In this document: one piece after another, positions 1 to 12,200 of the stretch
Layout of the letters: the number at the start of each line of letters is the position of its first letter
Numbering within the stretch: position 1 is the first letter of the stretch
Source of the DNA: Eledone cirrhosa
Taxonomy: Eukaryota
Reading direction: 5' to 3'
DNA length: 64,000 nt
NCBI GenBank assembly: GCA_964016885.1
Contig: OZ024743.1
Span: 368,714,001-368,778,000, forward strand
The notes under the pieces: generated by a model
What the model was told of the DNA's origin: nothing
What the model saw: the letters and a program-made list of their open reading frames with translations, nothing else
Databases searched by the model: none
Program-made: the position numbers and the translations under genes

Positions 1-170
1 AAAGAAATGCAGAGATGCCTTAGTTGCCAGGACCTGTGGAAGAGGTAGACCCAGGAAGACATGGGATTAGGTTATGAAGGCTGACATTAAGAAACTAAAC
101 CTCACAACAGAAATGACTAAAGATCATGAAAGCTGGTACAAAGTGGTGCTAAAGAAGACCCGACCTGCAA
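1..170 (+). mobile_element. RTE-clade LINE, C-terminal coding remnant (cut by window edge)
   Basis: Translates KKCRDALVARTCGRGRPRKTWD*VMKADIKKLNLTTEMTKDHESW; the GRGRPRKTW motif matches the RTE copies at ~32.4 kb and ~53.9 kb. Confidence 0.8.
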
Positions 171-749
171 CATACAATTTGGCTTGACTCCACCTTTTCC
201 ACCACAGCTATCATCCCCAAAACCACTACAACCCTCACCACACATAGCCAATGCCCCTTCTCCATAAATGCACTTAGCTGCTGTCCCCTTGTAAAGTGGT
301 TGGTGTTAGGAAGGGTATCCAGCCAGAGAAGGCTTGCCAACAAAGGGTTGGGAGGACCCTTCAGTCATGCCAAGTACATGACAGCCTCCCAAGTATTAGG
401 GATCTACATGATAAACACACTCAGTACACACTGTAAAATGGTTGGGGATAGAAATGGCACACAAACACACTATCACACACATCATCCAGATCGTATATAG
501 ATAGGTTTTTCATTAGGACAATTGATAAGAATAGTGTAGGTTGTCTACACTTTTAAATGGTCACCTATTCAGATCACAAGTTTGTGAGCTGTATGATCAA
601 CCTAGATAAGACGCACAAGTTAGACCTGGTTATTGGAAGCTGGACATGTTGTTTCTGGCACGTAAAACTTTTCAATTTAACAATTTAGTTAAGCAAAAGT
701 TGACATGGTGGGAGGGGGGTGGGGTGGTCAACAACAAGTGGTGGGGCTC

Positions 750-3267
750 TCAGAAGAAAGATTAGAGTCATTTCGATAGGTTTTAGCAAAGAAGTAGCGT
801 TAGAGAGAAATTGAAAGGAGGGGAAGTTGGGAGCTAAATTAGATGAGGCTATTTGCAGTGGTATTGCAACTGACATGCTAGTGGCAAGAATGGTGTTAGA
901 CCATTTCTTCAATGCGAAACACGAAGGTTGCATTGTCAGAGCTAAGGTGTCTGCTCTAAGAAATGAGGGAACTGAAGCTGTTCGATGGGCCTGCATGGCA
1001 GAGGCGCAGCATGGTAACAAAACCACAATTCAGACCGAGACAGATATGAGCTAAATGATTCCAGGCAAATATTGAGGCCTTTCACCAGCACTTTGTGTGG
1101 TTGTTTGGAGGAAGTGGGGGGGGGGGGGTCGGAGGTGATGGCGGACTTTAGTCCCTACCTCAACAATCTACCGTGTCTCTTGACAGCCAATGCTGATGGT
1201 CTGCTCTACGAGCTTTACGTAGATTTTCCAGACTTGTTCTCTGATCTCCTCCAAGTGCTCTCCTGCAACTGGCAGCAGAATGGGAATATTCCCAGTTCTG
1301 TGAGCCAGGGCATAGTGATGCTGATGAGAAAAGATGAGAACAAAAGGGATAAGCTAGACAACTTCAGGCCCATAACTCTGCTAAAGACAGACTTTAAGAT
1401 TTTTGCCAAGGTGTTAGCAGAGAGGTTGGCACTTATTGTTGAGGATTTGGTAGGGGAGGCACAAATTTGCACAATCACGTCCAGGTCCATACATAGCTAC
1501 CTCCACCTCATGTGATATATCATAGATAGCTGGAGTCTGTCCTCAAGGTAGCTGGTTTCAGTCCCATCTTCAGAGTTTGGATTGCTGCAATGCACAGCAG
1601 CATATACTCAGGGGTTAAAGTTAATGGCTATCTTTCAGAGCCATTTCAAATCTCCCGATCGGTCCGTCAAGGGTGCCCTCTCTCCTTCCTTCTGTATATA
1701 TTGACTCCTGAACCTTTGCTCTGGAAGCTGGAGTGGTTGCAGTGTATCCCACTTGAACTAGGATGTGGAAAAGTTGTGTGACCATGATGTTGTCGGATAC
1801 CTCAGAAATCGAGGTGGTTGGCACCTTCGTGAAGGAATATGAAATGTTGACAGCAGCAAAACTAAACCCGGAAAAGTTGGTGGCTTGCAACTTGGCACCT
1901 GGAGAGGCAAGTTTATGCCATCTAACAGCGTTATTGGGTGCTGTATGGATGGCCCAGTAACGTTGCTTGAGGTTAGGTTCAGACCAGACTTCCAAGTGGA
2001 TAAGAATTGGGATGAGGTTACAATCAAGGTAGCCACTCTCACCCAGATTTCTGATGAGAGGAACTTGTCCCTGAAAGGTCAGGCGGAGGTGGTGAACACG
2101 TACATTGTGTCCATCATCTACTACTACCTGACTGTTGTGTTTTGCACTCGTTTGCACCTCACCAAATTGGAGCAGCTCCTCTTCAAATTCTTATAGAGAG
2201 GACAGGTTCCATTGTTGAGGTGGTCCATCTGCTGTCAGCACCCCTACATGTAAGGCTGAGCATGCTGTGGCTAATGATGTACAAACATGCTCTGAGGCTA
2301 CAGCATCTCCAGATATTCTACCTAAATGGTAACTAGGCCTTTCCACAGCTCGTCCCTTTGACTGGGCTGCAATCCTGGGTCAATCAGAGGCTGAGACTGG
2401 GTGCTTGGCATCTGGATTGTTGCCAGGCACTCACTGCCCTCTACCAGATGAGCAATGCAGTCAGTGGAACTTCCACTCTCAAGTTCAATAGATGATTAGT
2501 GGTGGCCAAGCACTCAGAGAGGCTCTGGGCATCGACCAAGTTGAACTGGCCTGTCTGTTCTGGAGGACTTTCGAGTCAGGGACTATGGATAACTTCCATA
2601 AATAACTCACTTGGCAGTGCTACCGGGGGACACTGCCAGTTCAAGATTAACTCTACAGGCACGGAAGTGCTGTCCGATGGACCTGTCCAAGATATGTGTA
2701 GAGCAAAGAAACCATTCTGCACACACTCATCCGTGTGTAGAACAGATCCAGCTATCAACTGAGTCCATAATGAGGATTGTCCTGCAACCTTCTTTTGGTC
2801 AGGAAGAGCAGGCAGTTTTCCTCTATCTGGTGGAGGTAGCAGAGAGGTTGTGTTGTGGACCAGGTTGAAAGGACTGAAGATAGGAATTTTTCTCTTTGGC
2901 TAATCCCTCAACATTTTAAAGTTTCATTTTTAAGTTGGAAAAGAAGTTAGGAGTGGAGAGAGGTGTGCTGCCACCCAGTATATTTGCTAAAAGATGGGTG
3001 AATGGGGCGAGAATTGCCTGTGTGAATGGGCCGACTCTGAGCATGTGCCTATAGGCTGGTTGGTTTGAGCAGGAGAGGGGTGCCCTTGAAGTGTTGGGTG
3101 GTTCTCCTCCCTAGTGGGGAATTTTTATTGAAATTTTATTGTTAATTGTTTTTTGTTAATTTGTTTTTTTTTACTCAATTTTATTGTATACCCCCACTGT
3201 CCCTGTCTTTTTGTGTACTGTCCCTTATATGTAGGCCATAGTGGCCAATAAAGAAATCATTATCATT
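750..3267 (+). mobile_element. Tx1/L1-clade non-LTR retrotransposon, degraded ORF2 (RT plus C-terminal region) with 3' tail
   Basis: Frameshifted RT motifs NFRPITLLKTDFKIFAKVLA (1072-1515) and SVRQGCPLS (1590-1781), plus LSLKGQAEVVN; ends AATAAAGAAATCATTATCATT. Confidence 0.85.
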
Positions 3268-3559
3268 GGGCTAATGGCGACTTACATAGGAAATCATATT
3301 ATCGAGAGCTCCACAAAGGTTTGTTTTTTCAGTTGTTTCAAATTGCTAGTTATGGAAAATATTTGTTGTTAAGTGTTTATAAGTTCATATATAATGCTTT
3401 CTGAAAAGGACACTCAATAATATTGGGGGCCTTGAGCCCAAAAGTTAAACTTTTATTTTGTCAAACAAACGATTTATTTTAAAAACAAACAATTTATTTT
3501 TTTAAAACCAAAGTCTGCTACTCAAATCTGCTGACAGCGTTTCTAACATAGCAACATCT

Positions 3560-6500
3560 CCCACCACCACCATTGTTAGCCTTGCTACGGTAGCCAAGAC
3601 CGAAAATCTTTTTCGCTAACAGCAGCAGGAGTGACGTTTACTTAGGTTTGTCATGTGCAGACATGATTTTCCCACCCTTACCAATGTCTACAGGTGTTAA
3701 AGCCTCCATCTCCACCACCACAATGTCGAAGAGTACATCCAACACCACCACAGCAACAACTGAAACAAAAAAAAACTTATCTTGTGATATCAAAATTCAT
3801 TCTTCCAAAATGGATTCTTCCACATCGAACGCCACTGACACCACCACCACAACAACAACTGAAACAAAAAAATAGTAATAACAAAAATAACGATAACAAC
3901 AACAACACCAATAATAAAAATAACAACACCAACACCAACGCAAAACCAAATGTGTCTTTTGCTAAAGCAGTGAACAAAAACGAAACAATTGAGGTAAGCC
4001 AGGAAGAACTGAATGAAGCCAAGTGAATGGTAAAGAAACATGGTTACAGAGTCAGCCTCACCCCCATCAAATACCATGGAGCATCGGCGCCTATGTACAG
4101 TATCTTTTTGCACGATCAATATAAAAACACGCCGAGTGGAGTGGGCATTTGTGTCCCAGATCCAAAAAGCTTTGGGACATGTGTTGGGCTCAAAAAACCC
4201 ACATCAGACATGGACGAAGATATGGAACTGTGGGCGTGTTCTTTGGAACCTCACAGGAAGCCAGAGAGCACTCCATGGCCCCATTAAAAAGTGACGAGTT
4301 CACATTCGTCCCTAAGTATTATAGCCAGAGGCTGGTAAGAATCAGGGTGACCCATGTTCTGCCGGCCATTGAAATTCTCTGGCTAATGGCTGCCATCCTC
4401 GCTGACATAAAAGCCGACACAAAAGTGATCGAGATGATTAGAGTAAAACAGGAAAACTGGTCCGGATCTGGGATGGAGCTCCTGATCCAAGCGGACCAAA
4501 AAAACATCCAAGAGATTCCAGAGGTGATAGACCTCAATGACGGCAGCCACCTCACCATAATCGTTGAAGGTTGAAGGCCTAGGTGTTTCGTTTGTGGCGA
4601 AGGATCCCACCTAAAGGAATCCCTCAGGGGATGGCTAAAAAGTTGAGGCAATCTCTCCTGCCCACCCCTGTGACTGAACCATCAAAACCAGCAGCAGAAA
4701 CGGCAGAAACAACTGTAGCAGCAACTGTAGCAGCAACAGTAGCAAGACCAACACCACCACCGCCCACCACACCAGAAGTAGCACCAGCGCCTCCACCATC
4801 CACCACGCCACAACCAACACCAACGCCTGTGGAGGACATTCCACTCCCCGACCTCACACAACTCGAGGAAGATTTTAACGAGGAGGAGTGGGAAACTGTA
4901 TCTGGAAAAAAAAGAAACCAGAAAAGAAAAAATCCTCTTCCTTCACCCTCCAAAAACAAAATACAGGGCGAAACAAACAAATAAACTAACACAAAAGTTA
5001 AGACAGCTCCGCCACCACCAGTCCATCACTACAGACACCAACACCATCACCATCATCAACCCCCAACACCACAAAAAAAACCAACAAGCGAAACAGAAAC
5101 AAACCCACAACAAACGTAAACAAAACAAAGCAACCAAAACGATACACATTACACAGCATTAAATTGCTTTGGTGCATAGAGTTACGGCCCTTGCCATTCT
5201 GAGTTCAAATCCCGCCGAGGTTAACTTTGCCTTTCATCCTTACGGGGTCGATAAAATAAAGTATCAGTAATACACTGGTTAATTGCTGGCCTTGTGCCTA
5301 ACGTAGAAACAATTACCAGCATCACAGAAAAAGACTACACAACACCCCAAATATTCACACCACCTCCACACATACAAATCATTCGTATCACACAGAAAAC
5401 ATACACAACACTAACTAAAATAAAAATTACTCAAGGACAGTGGAGACTTCCGGCAAACACTTTCCAGGAGGATATATAAAGACATCCCCTCCAGAGGAGG
5501 CCACAAACAGTCAGAAGGACGAAAAACTATCCTTCCTCCACAAGAACTGAAGTAAGTGGTCTTTCCCATCTTTTTCCACTCCTTTTCAACATGACCTTAC
5601 TCAGAATAGGCAGCATAAATGTGCATGGTCTGGGGTAGTCATAGAAGCAGGGCCACCTGCACAACGACCTCAGGTCAATGAACATAGATGAGGTGGCCAT
5701 CAGCGAGACCAGAATTTCCAAGGCACATGCCTTTGCACCCATCTTCGGCGGTTACGATGTGTACACATCTCCAAGCCAGCTGGGATCGGGAGGCAGAGTT
5801 GCTGTGTTGTTTCAGAGGGGCCTGGATCTCATGATACGAACCATCTTCCTGGACCCAGAAGGTAAGTCGGTGTTGCTGCATGTGACCAGCAGCGAAGGCT
5901 ATGCTTTTCAGCTAGTGCCTGTTTATGCCCCGACAGGGACGGGACGGCCTGATTTCTTCAGGTGACTGGAGACTTTCTTGAAACGTCCCGCTCTTTAATG
6001 TTAGTGGGCGACTGGAATGGGATCTTGGATGCATGCTGGAATTGTGTGGGTTGTGTGGGTTTAGTGGATAGCCAATTTCTTCGGAAGAACTTTTGGGGTG
6101 GGGCCCATGGACAACTTCCAGAAATCTCTGGCCTGGCAGTGTTACTGAGGAGCTTTGCCAGTTCGGGATAAGCTCTACAGGCAAGGAAGTGCCGTCAGCC
6201 AGGCCTGTCAGAGATGCGTGCAGGGCGACGAAACCACTTTCCAGAGCCCAAGCATTGCTGACTTGTGGGTTTATGTCAAACACCTGCTGTCACATGTAGG
6301 ACGGATCCGGCTATCAGCTGAGCCCATCGTGAGGATTGCCCCGCCATCTTCCTTTAGCCGGGAAGGGCAGGCAGTTTTATCTGCCTGGTGGCCATGGCAA
6401 AAGAAATCGTGTAGTGGATGCATTTGAAAGGGCTGAAGATGAGCACTTACCGCTTTGGTGATGCCCTGATTAACTTTTTCAAATTTCATTTGAAAAGGAA

Positions 6501-6840
6501 AATCAGGGTGGAGAGGGAAGTACTCTCTTCCCAGCAATTTGTTGAAAGATGGGTGAGAGAAGCAAGCATAGCTTGAGTGAATGGGCCTGCTCTGAGTATG
6601 CGCCTGTAAATTGAAGGTGGAAAACTGGCTTTTTTAATGGGCTTTCTACATGAGTGTCCCTCGGAAGTCTCTCCCCTATTGGGGAATTTTCCTTTGTTTC
6701 TTTTTTTTTGTTATTTCCTTTGTTTTTTTCTTTACACACAGAAATGCCCATTTGTACCACTCTGTGCTGTCCTTAATGTTATACTTTATGTCAACCCTTG
6801 TGGTTAATAAAGAAAACATTATTATTACTATTATTATTGT
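3560..6840 (+). mobile_element. Tx1-like non-LTR element: ORF1 plus partial APE endonuclease fused to the ORF2 C-terminus (RT deleted)
   Basis: Zinc-knuckle remnant RPRCFVCGEGSH at ~4575-4610; APE motifs IGSINVHGL, DEVAISET, VYAP, LVGDWN (5592-6020); from ~6075 homologous to 2556-3050; tail AATAAAGAAAAC(ATT)n. Confidence 0.8.
5165..5315 (+). mobile_element. 5'-truncated tRNA-derived SINE (family A) inserted in the Tx1-like element
   Basis: GAGTTCAAATCCCGCCGAGGTTAACTTTGCCTTTCATCC...GGTCGATAAAATAAAGTA, near-identical to copies at 37.6, 52.2, 52.4 and 63.9 kb. Confidence 0.85.
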
Positions 6841-6849
6841 TCTTTGAGT

Positions 6850-7095
6850 CTCAGTCATTGATGTTATTTAACTGGAAAGTTTGTTGAAATGAATATCAAG
6901 CCGCTACCTACAGCCTCAGCTATTCAGGACGTATCAGAGGGTTCTTGCTGTTTCCAGCAAGCATGCCTTTTGAAGTGATCCAAAAAGCGAGGCTGGACTA
7001 ATCTTCTTTAACCATCCTTGGAAACTCTTTGAGATAGTACCTAGTGCACCTATGACAATAGGGACGACCTTGATTTCATAGCAGTTCCAAATCCT
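6850..7095 (-). mobile_element. R4-clade RLE retrotransposon, extreme C-terminal fragment
   Basis: Minus-strand translation EIKVVPIVIGALGTISKSFQGWLKKI...LQKACLLETARTL. Confidence 0.7.
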
Positions 7096-7212
7096 TTTTT
7101 TTATTACATCCTCTGTTTTTGTTTTTTTTACACGCAGAAATGCCCATTTGTACCGTCCTGTACTGTCCTTTATGTCTCACTTTGTGTAAACCCTTGTGGT
7201 TAATAAAGAAAG

Positions 7213-7243
<31 letters not shown>
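7096..7243 (+). mobile_element. Isolated 3' tail of the Tx1-like family
   Basis: CAGAAATGCCCATTTGTACC...CCCTTGTGGTTAATAAAGAAAGC(ATT)n matches 6735-6838. Confidence 0.8.
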
Positions 7244-7245
<2 letters not shown>

Positions 7246-8020
7246 AGTTGCATTTATCTTGCTTTATGTTCATACGAGTTATCACCAAGTCACAACCAGT
7301 GACCTCAAGAGACAACAAGGTCCGCCATGTTCAAGAAAGAACATACATACTCACACATACATCTTTAGTGTTTAGACTTGTGATGTACTTATATTGACAG
7401 AATCTTCATTAGTATATGGGCAGTTCCCATTAGTACTATCTTTTGTATTTCTCCTATACGCGGGTTTCCTGGGATTTGCGATAAGTAATCATTAGACCCC
7501 TTAGGTATCATTCCCAGAGCGCCTACAACCACTGGTATTGTTTTAGTTCTCAATTTCCACATTTTTCCAATTTCTATCTCCAGGTCCTTATACTTGCTCA
7601 ATTTTTCAAATGTTTTTATAGATACATTCTTGTCTATTGGAACGGACATATCAATTAGCAGGCATACCCTCTTTTTAAAGTCCTTCAGTATTATATCAGG
7701 TCTATTTGCATCTATTTTTCGGTCTGATTGGATGCTAAAGTTCCACAAGATTGAGATGTGATCTTTTTCAAGTATGGGAGGTGGTTGATGCTCCCACCAA
7801 TTCTTTTGATGGGGCAGGTCAAAATGCTTACACATTATCCAATGTATGTATTGTGCAGCTCTGTCATGCCTGTTTAGGTATTCGGTTGGAGCTATAGGAC
7901 TGCACATTGAAATGATATGGTCAATGGTCTCTGGTTGTTTTTTACATACACGGCATAATGGGCTGCATCCATTTTTTATTATGTTGGCTTGGTAATTTTT
8001 TTTGTTGGCAGACACTGATC
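7244..8020 (-). mobile_element. R4/Dong-like non-LTR retrotransposon, 5'-truncated (CCHC knuckle plus restriction-like endonuclease)
   Basis: ORF 7389-8156: CRVCKKQPETIDHIISMC, RHD, NRPDIIL, IDMSVP, EKLSKY, PVVVGALG; (TAA)n on both sides. Confidence 0.9.
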
Positions 8021-8026
8021 TTATTA

Positions 8027-8063
<37 letters not shown>

Positions 8064-8249
8064 CAGTAGTAGTAGTAGTAGTGTTGGTAGTGTTGGTGGT
8101 GGGTTTGTTGGTGAGTAGAGTAGTCGTAATTGTAGTTGAACTTCAGGCTTTTTCAAGTTTCTGGGTGGCTACACTGACTCTGGTCGTGGCATGGATGTCA
8201 GGATTGCTCAGACATGGTATGGAAGATGGCCATCCACAAGAACACAAAA

Positions 8250-8640
8250 ACAAGAGTGTTTCTGGCCTACGGATGTTGAATACTCTTCACTGCAAGAGAC
8301 TCGATGGTACATACACTAGATTACTATGCTCAGCATACACCATCTGGAGATGTCATTCAAGAAACAACTGAATATATGGATCCCTACCTTGCAGCTCAGA
8401 TATTGTGAAGTGTCATTGTCTGGCTTTTAGCAGCTATGTCACTCACCATGATGAACCAGCTGGAAGATAGCTCCTTTGGAAACCAGATGCAAAGGGACAG
8501 GTTGACCAGCCATATATGACCTTAAAATCAATCATTGCGATGGACACAGGCCTCATAGAAATGGATCTGCATGCTACAATGGTTGACCAAAGACTCCAGC
8601 ACTTGAACTGTGTCAATGCCTCACCATCGCTCAAGGCATC
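8250..8640 (+). mobile_element. Degraded RTE-clade C-terminal fragment
   Basis: LDGTYTRLL motif followed by decayed downstream RTE-like sequence. Confidence 0.5.
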
Positions 8641-8752
8641 GAATGATTCAAGAAGGAGGTGTAGTTGTAGCATTAGTAGTTGTAATAGTTGGTAGTAACA
8701 ACAACATTAAAGATATATATATAAAAAAGTCCTGCACATGTTGTATGTCTCA

Positions 8753-8783
<31 letters not shown>

Positions 8784-9256
8784 CTTCTGTGGAGCAAAAG
8801 AGGTGTGTGGGTAGGTGGGGTGAAATACAGAGGCTTTGATTAACATTTTCAATAGGTTTTCAAATATGCATAGTTCCAGTTGCAATGTTGATAAATGATA
8901 CATCAATAGGAATAATATTAACACATAATTTATTGCCGAAACAGCACTAAAGATGGCATCAAAATGAAAAACTTTTAGTGAGGATATACTAAATTCAGTT
9001 CTCTCCACTCATTGTTTCCTTGAATCCCAAAGGAATATTTGAGCAAATGAAACAGTCATTAATTATACAGTATTTCCCAATGGTACTATTTATAGCAAAG
9101 TGGATTGGACCAAAGAGAATTAATTGTTTTTGACTTGGATAGAGAACATGGCCACTGACACGATACACTCTAATGACCCTCTGCCTGGGAGACCTAATAT
9201 CCTAACAACGCTGCAAACTGATATTCTCTACATGTCAACTAAATGGCAAATATAGG

Positions 9257-12200
9257 GTATTGAGTAGAGATAGAGGTGTGGTGTATTGAGTGGAGATAGA
9301 GGTGTGGTGTATTGAGTGGAGATAGAGGTGTGGTGTATTGAGTGGAGATAGAGGTGGGGTGTATTGAGTGGAGATAGAGGTGTGGTGTATTGAGTGGAGA
9401 TAGAGGTGTGGTGTATTGAGTAGAGATAGAGGTGTGGTGTATTGAGTGGAGATAGAGGTGGGGTGTATTGAGTGGAGATAGAGGTGTGGTGTATTGAGTA
9501 GAGATAGAGGTGTGGTGTATTGAGTAGAGATAGAGGTGTGGTGTATTGAGTGGAGATAGAGGTGGGGTGTATTGAGTGGAGATAGAGGTGTGGTGTATTG
9601 AGTGGAGATAGAGGTGTGGTGTATTGAGTAGAGATAGAGGTGTGGTGTATTGAGTGGAGATAGAGGTGTGGTGTATTGAGTGGAGATAGAGGTGTGGTGT
9701 ATTGAGTGGAGATAGAGGTGGGGTGTATTGAGTAGAGATAGAGGTGTGGTGTATTGAGTGGAGATAGAGGTGGGGTGTATTGAGTAGAGATAGAGGTGTG
9801 GTGTATTGAGTGGAGATAGAGGTGTGGTGTATTGAGTGGAGATAGAGGTGGGGTGTATTGAGTAGAGATAGAGGTGTGGTGTATTGAGTGGAGATAGAGG
9901 TGTGGTGTATTGAGTGGAGATAGAGGTGGGGTGTATTGAGTAGAGATAGAGGTGTGGTGTATTGAGTGGAGATAGAGGTGTGGTGTATTGAGTGGAGATA
10001 GAGGTGGGGTGTATTGAGTAGAGATAGAGGTGTGGTGTATTGAGTGGAGATAGAGGTGTGGTGTATTGAGTGGAGATAGAGGTGGGGTGTATTGAGTGGA
10101 GATAGAGGTGTGGTGTATTGAGTGGAGATAGAGGTGTGGTGTATTGAGTGGAGATAGAGGTGTGGTGTATTGAGTGGAGATAGAGGTGTGGTGTATTGAG
10201 TAGAGATAGAGGTGTGGTGTATTGAGTAGAGATAGAGGTGTGGTGTATTGAGTGGAGATATAGGTGTGGTGTATTGAGTGGAGATAGAGGTGTGGTGTAT
10301 TGAGTGGAGATAGAGGTGTGGTGTATTGAGTGGAGATAGAGGTGGGGTGTATTGAGTGGAGATAGAGGTGTGGTGTATTGAGTAGAGATAGAGGTGTGGT
10401 GTATTGAGTGGAGATAGAGGTGTGGTGTATTGAGTGGAGATAGAGGTGGGGTGTATTGAGTGGAGATAGAGGTGGGGTGTATTGAGTGGAGATAGAGGTG
10501 GGGTGTATTGAGTGGAGATAGAGGTGTGGTGTATTGAGTGGAGATAGAGGTGGGGTGTATTGAGTGGAGATAGAGGTGTGGTGTATTGAGTGGAGATAGA
10601 GGTGGGGTGTATTGAGTGGAGATAGAGGTGGGGTGTATTGAGTGGAGATAGAGGTGGGGTGTATTGAGTGGAGATAGAGGTGTGGTGTATTGAGTGGAGA
10701 TAGAGGTGGGGTGTATTGAGTGGAGATAGAGGTGTGGTGTATTGAGTGGAGATAGAGGTGGGGTGTATTGAGTGGAGATAGAGGTGGGGTGTATTGAGTG
10801 GAGATAGAGGTGGGGTGTATTGAGTGGAGATAGAGGTGTGGTGTATTGAGTGGAGATAGAGGTGTGGTGTATTGAGTGGAGATAGAGGTGTGGTGTATTG
10901 AGTGGAGATAGAGGTGTGGTGTATTGAGTAGAGATAGAGGTGTGGTGTATTGAGTGGAGATAGAGGTGTGGTGTATTGAGTGGAGATAGAGGTGGGGTGT
11001 ATTGAGTGGAGATAGAGGTGTGGTGTATTGAGTGGAGATAGAGGTGGGGTGTATTGAGTGGAGATAGAGGTGTGGTGTATTGAGTGGAGATAGAGGTGTG
11101 GTGTATTGAGTGGAGATAGAGGTGTGGTGTATTGAGTGGAGATAGAGGTGTGGTGTATTGAGTGGAGATAGAGGTGTGGTGTATTGAGTGGAGATAGAGG
11201 TGGGGTGTATTGAGTGGAGATAGAGGTGTGGTGTATTGAGTGGAGATAGAGGTGTGGTGTATTGAGTGGAGATAGAGGTGTGGTGTATTGAGTGGAGATA
11301 GAGGTGTGGTGTATTGAGTGGAGATAGAGGTGTGGTGTATTGAGTGGAGATAGAGGTGGGGGTGTATTGAGTGGAGATAGAGGTGGAGTGTATTGAGTGG
11401 AGATAGAGGTGGGGTGTATTGAGTGGAGATAGAGGTGGGGTGTATTGAGTGGAGATAGAGGTGTGGTGGAAATAGAGGTGTGGTGTATTGAGTGGAGATA
11501 GAGGTGTGGTGTATTGAGTGGAGATATAGGTGGGGGTGTATTGAGTGGAGATAGAGGTGTGGTGTATTGAGTGGAGATAGAGGTGTGGTGTATTGAGTGG
11601 AGATAGAGGTGGGGTGTATTGAGTGGAGATAGAGGTGTGGTGTATTGAGTGGAGATATAGGTGGGGTGTATTGAGTGGAGATAGAGGTGTGGTGTATTGA
11701 GTGGAGATATAGGTGGGGTGTATTGAGTGGAGATAGAGGTGTGGTGTATTGAGTGGAGATAGAGGTGTGGTGTATTGAGTGGAGATATAGGTGTGGTGTA
11801 TTGAGTGGAGATAGAGGTGGGGTGTATTAAGTGGAGATATAGGTGTGGTGTATTGAGTGGAGATAGAGGTGGGGTGTATTGAGTGGAGATAGAGGTGGGG
11901 TGTATTGAGTGGAGATAGAGGTGTGGTGTATTGAGTGGAGATAGAGGTGTGGTGTATTGAGTGGAGATAGAGGTGGGGTGTATTGAGTGGAGATAGAGGT
12001 GGGGTGTATTGAGTGGAGATAGAGGTGTGGTGTATTGAGTGGAGATAGAGGTGTGGTGGAAATAGAGGTGTGGTGTATTGAGTGGAGATAGAGGTGTGGT
12101 GTATTGAGTGGAGATAGAGGTGGGGGTGTATTGAGTGGAGATAGAGGTGGGGTGTATTGAGTGGAGATAGAGGTGTGGTGTATTGAGTGGAGATAGAGGT

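Noticed and set aside
3268-3560. snRNA or tRNA target sequence between the Tx1-like copies
   Set aside because: No recognisable U2, 5S or tRNA sequence by eye
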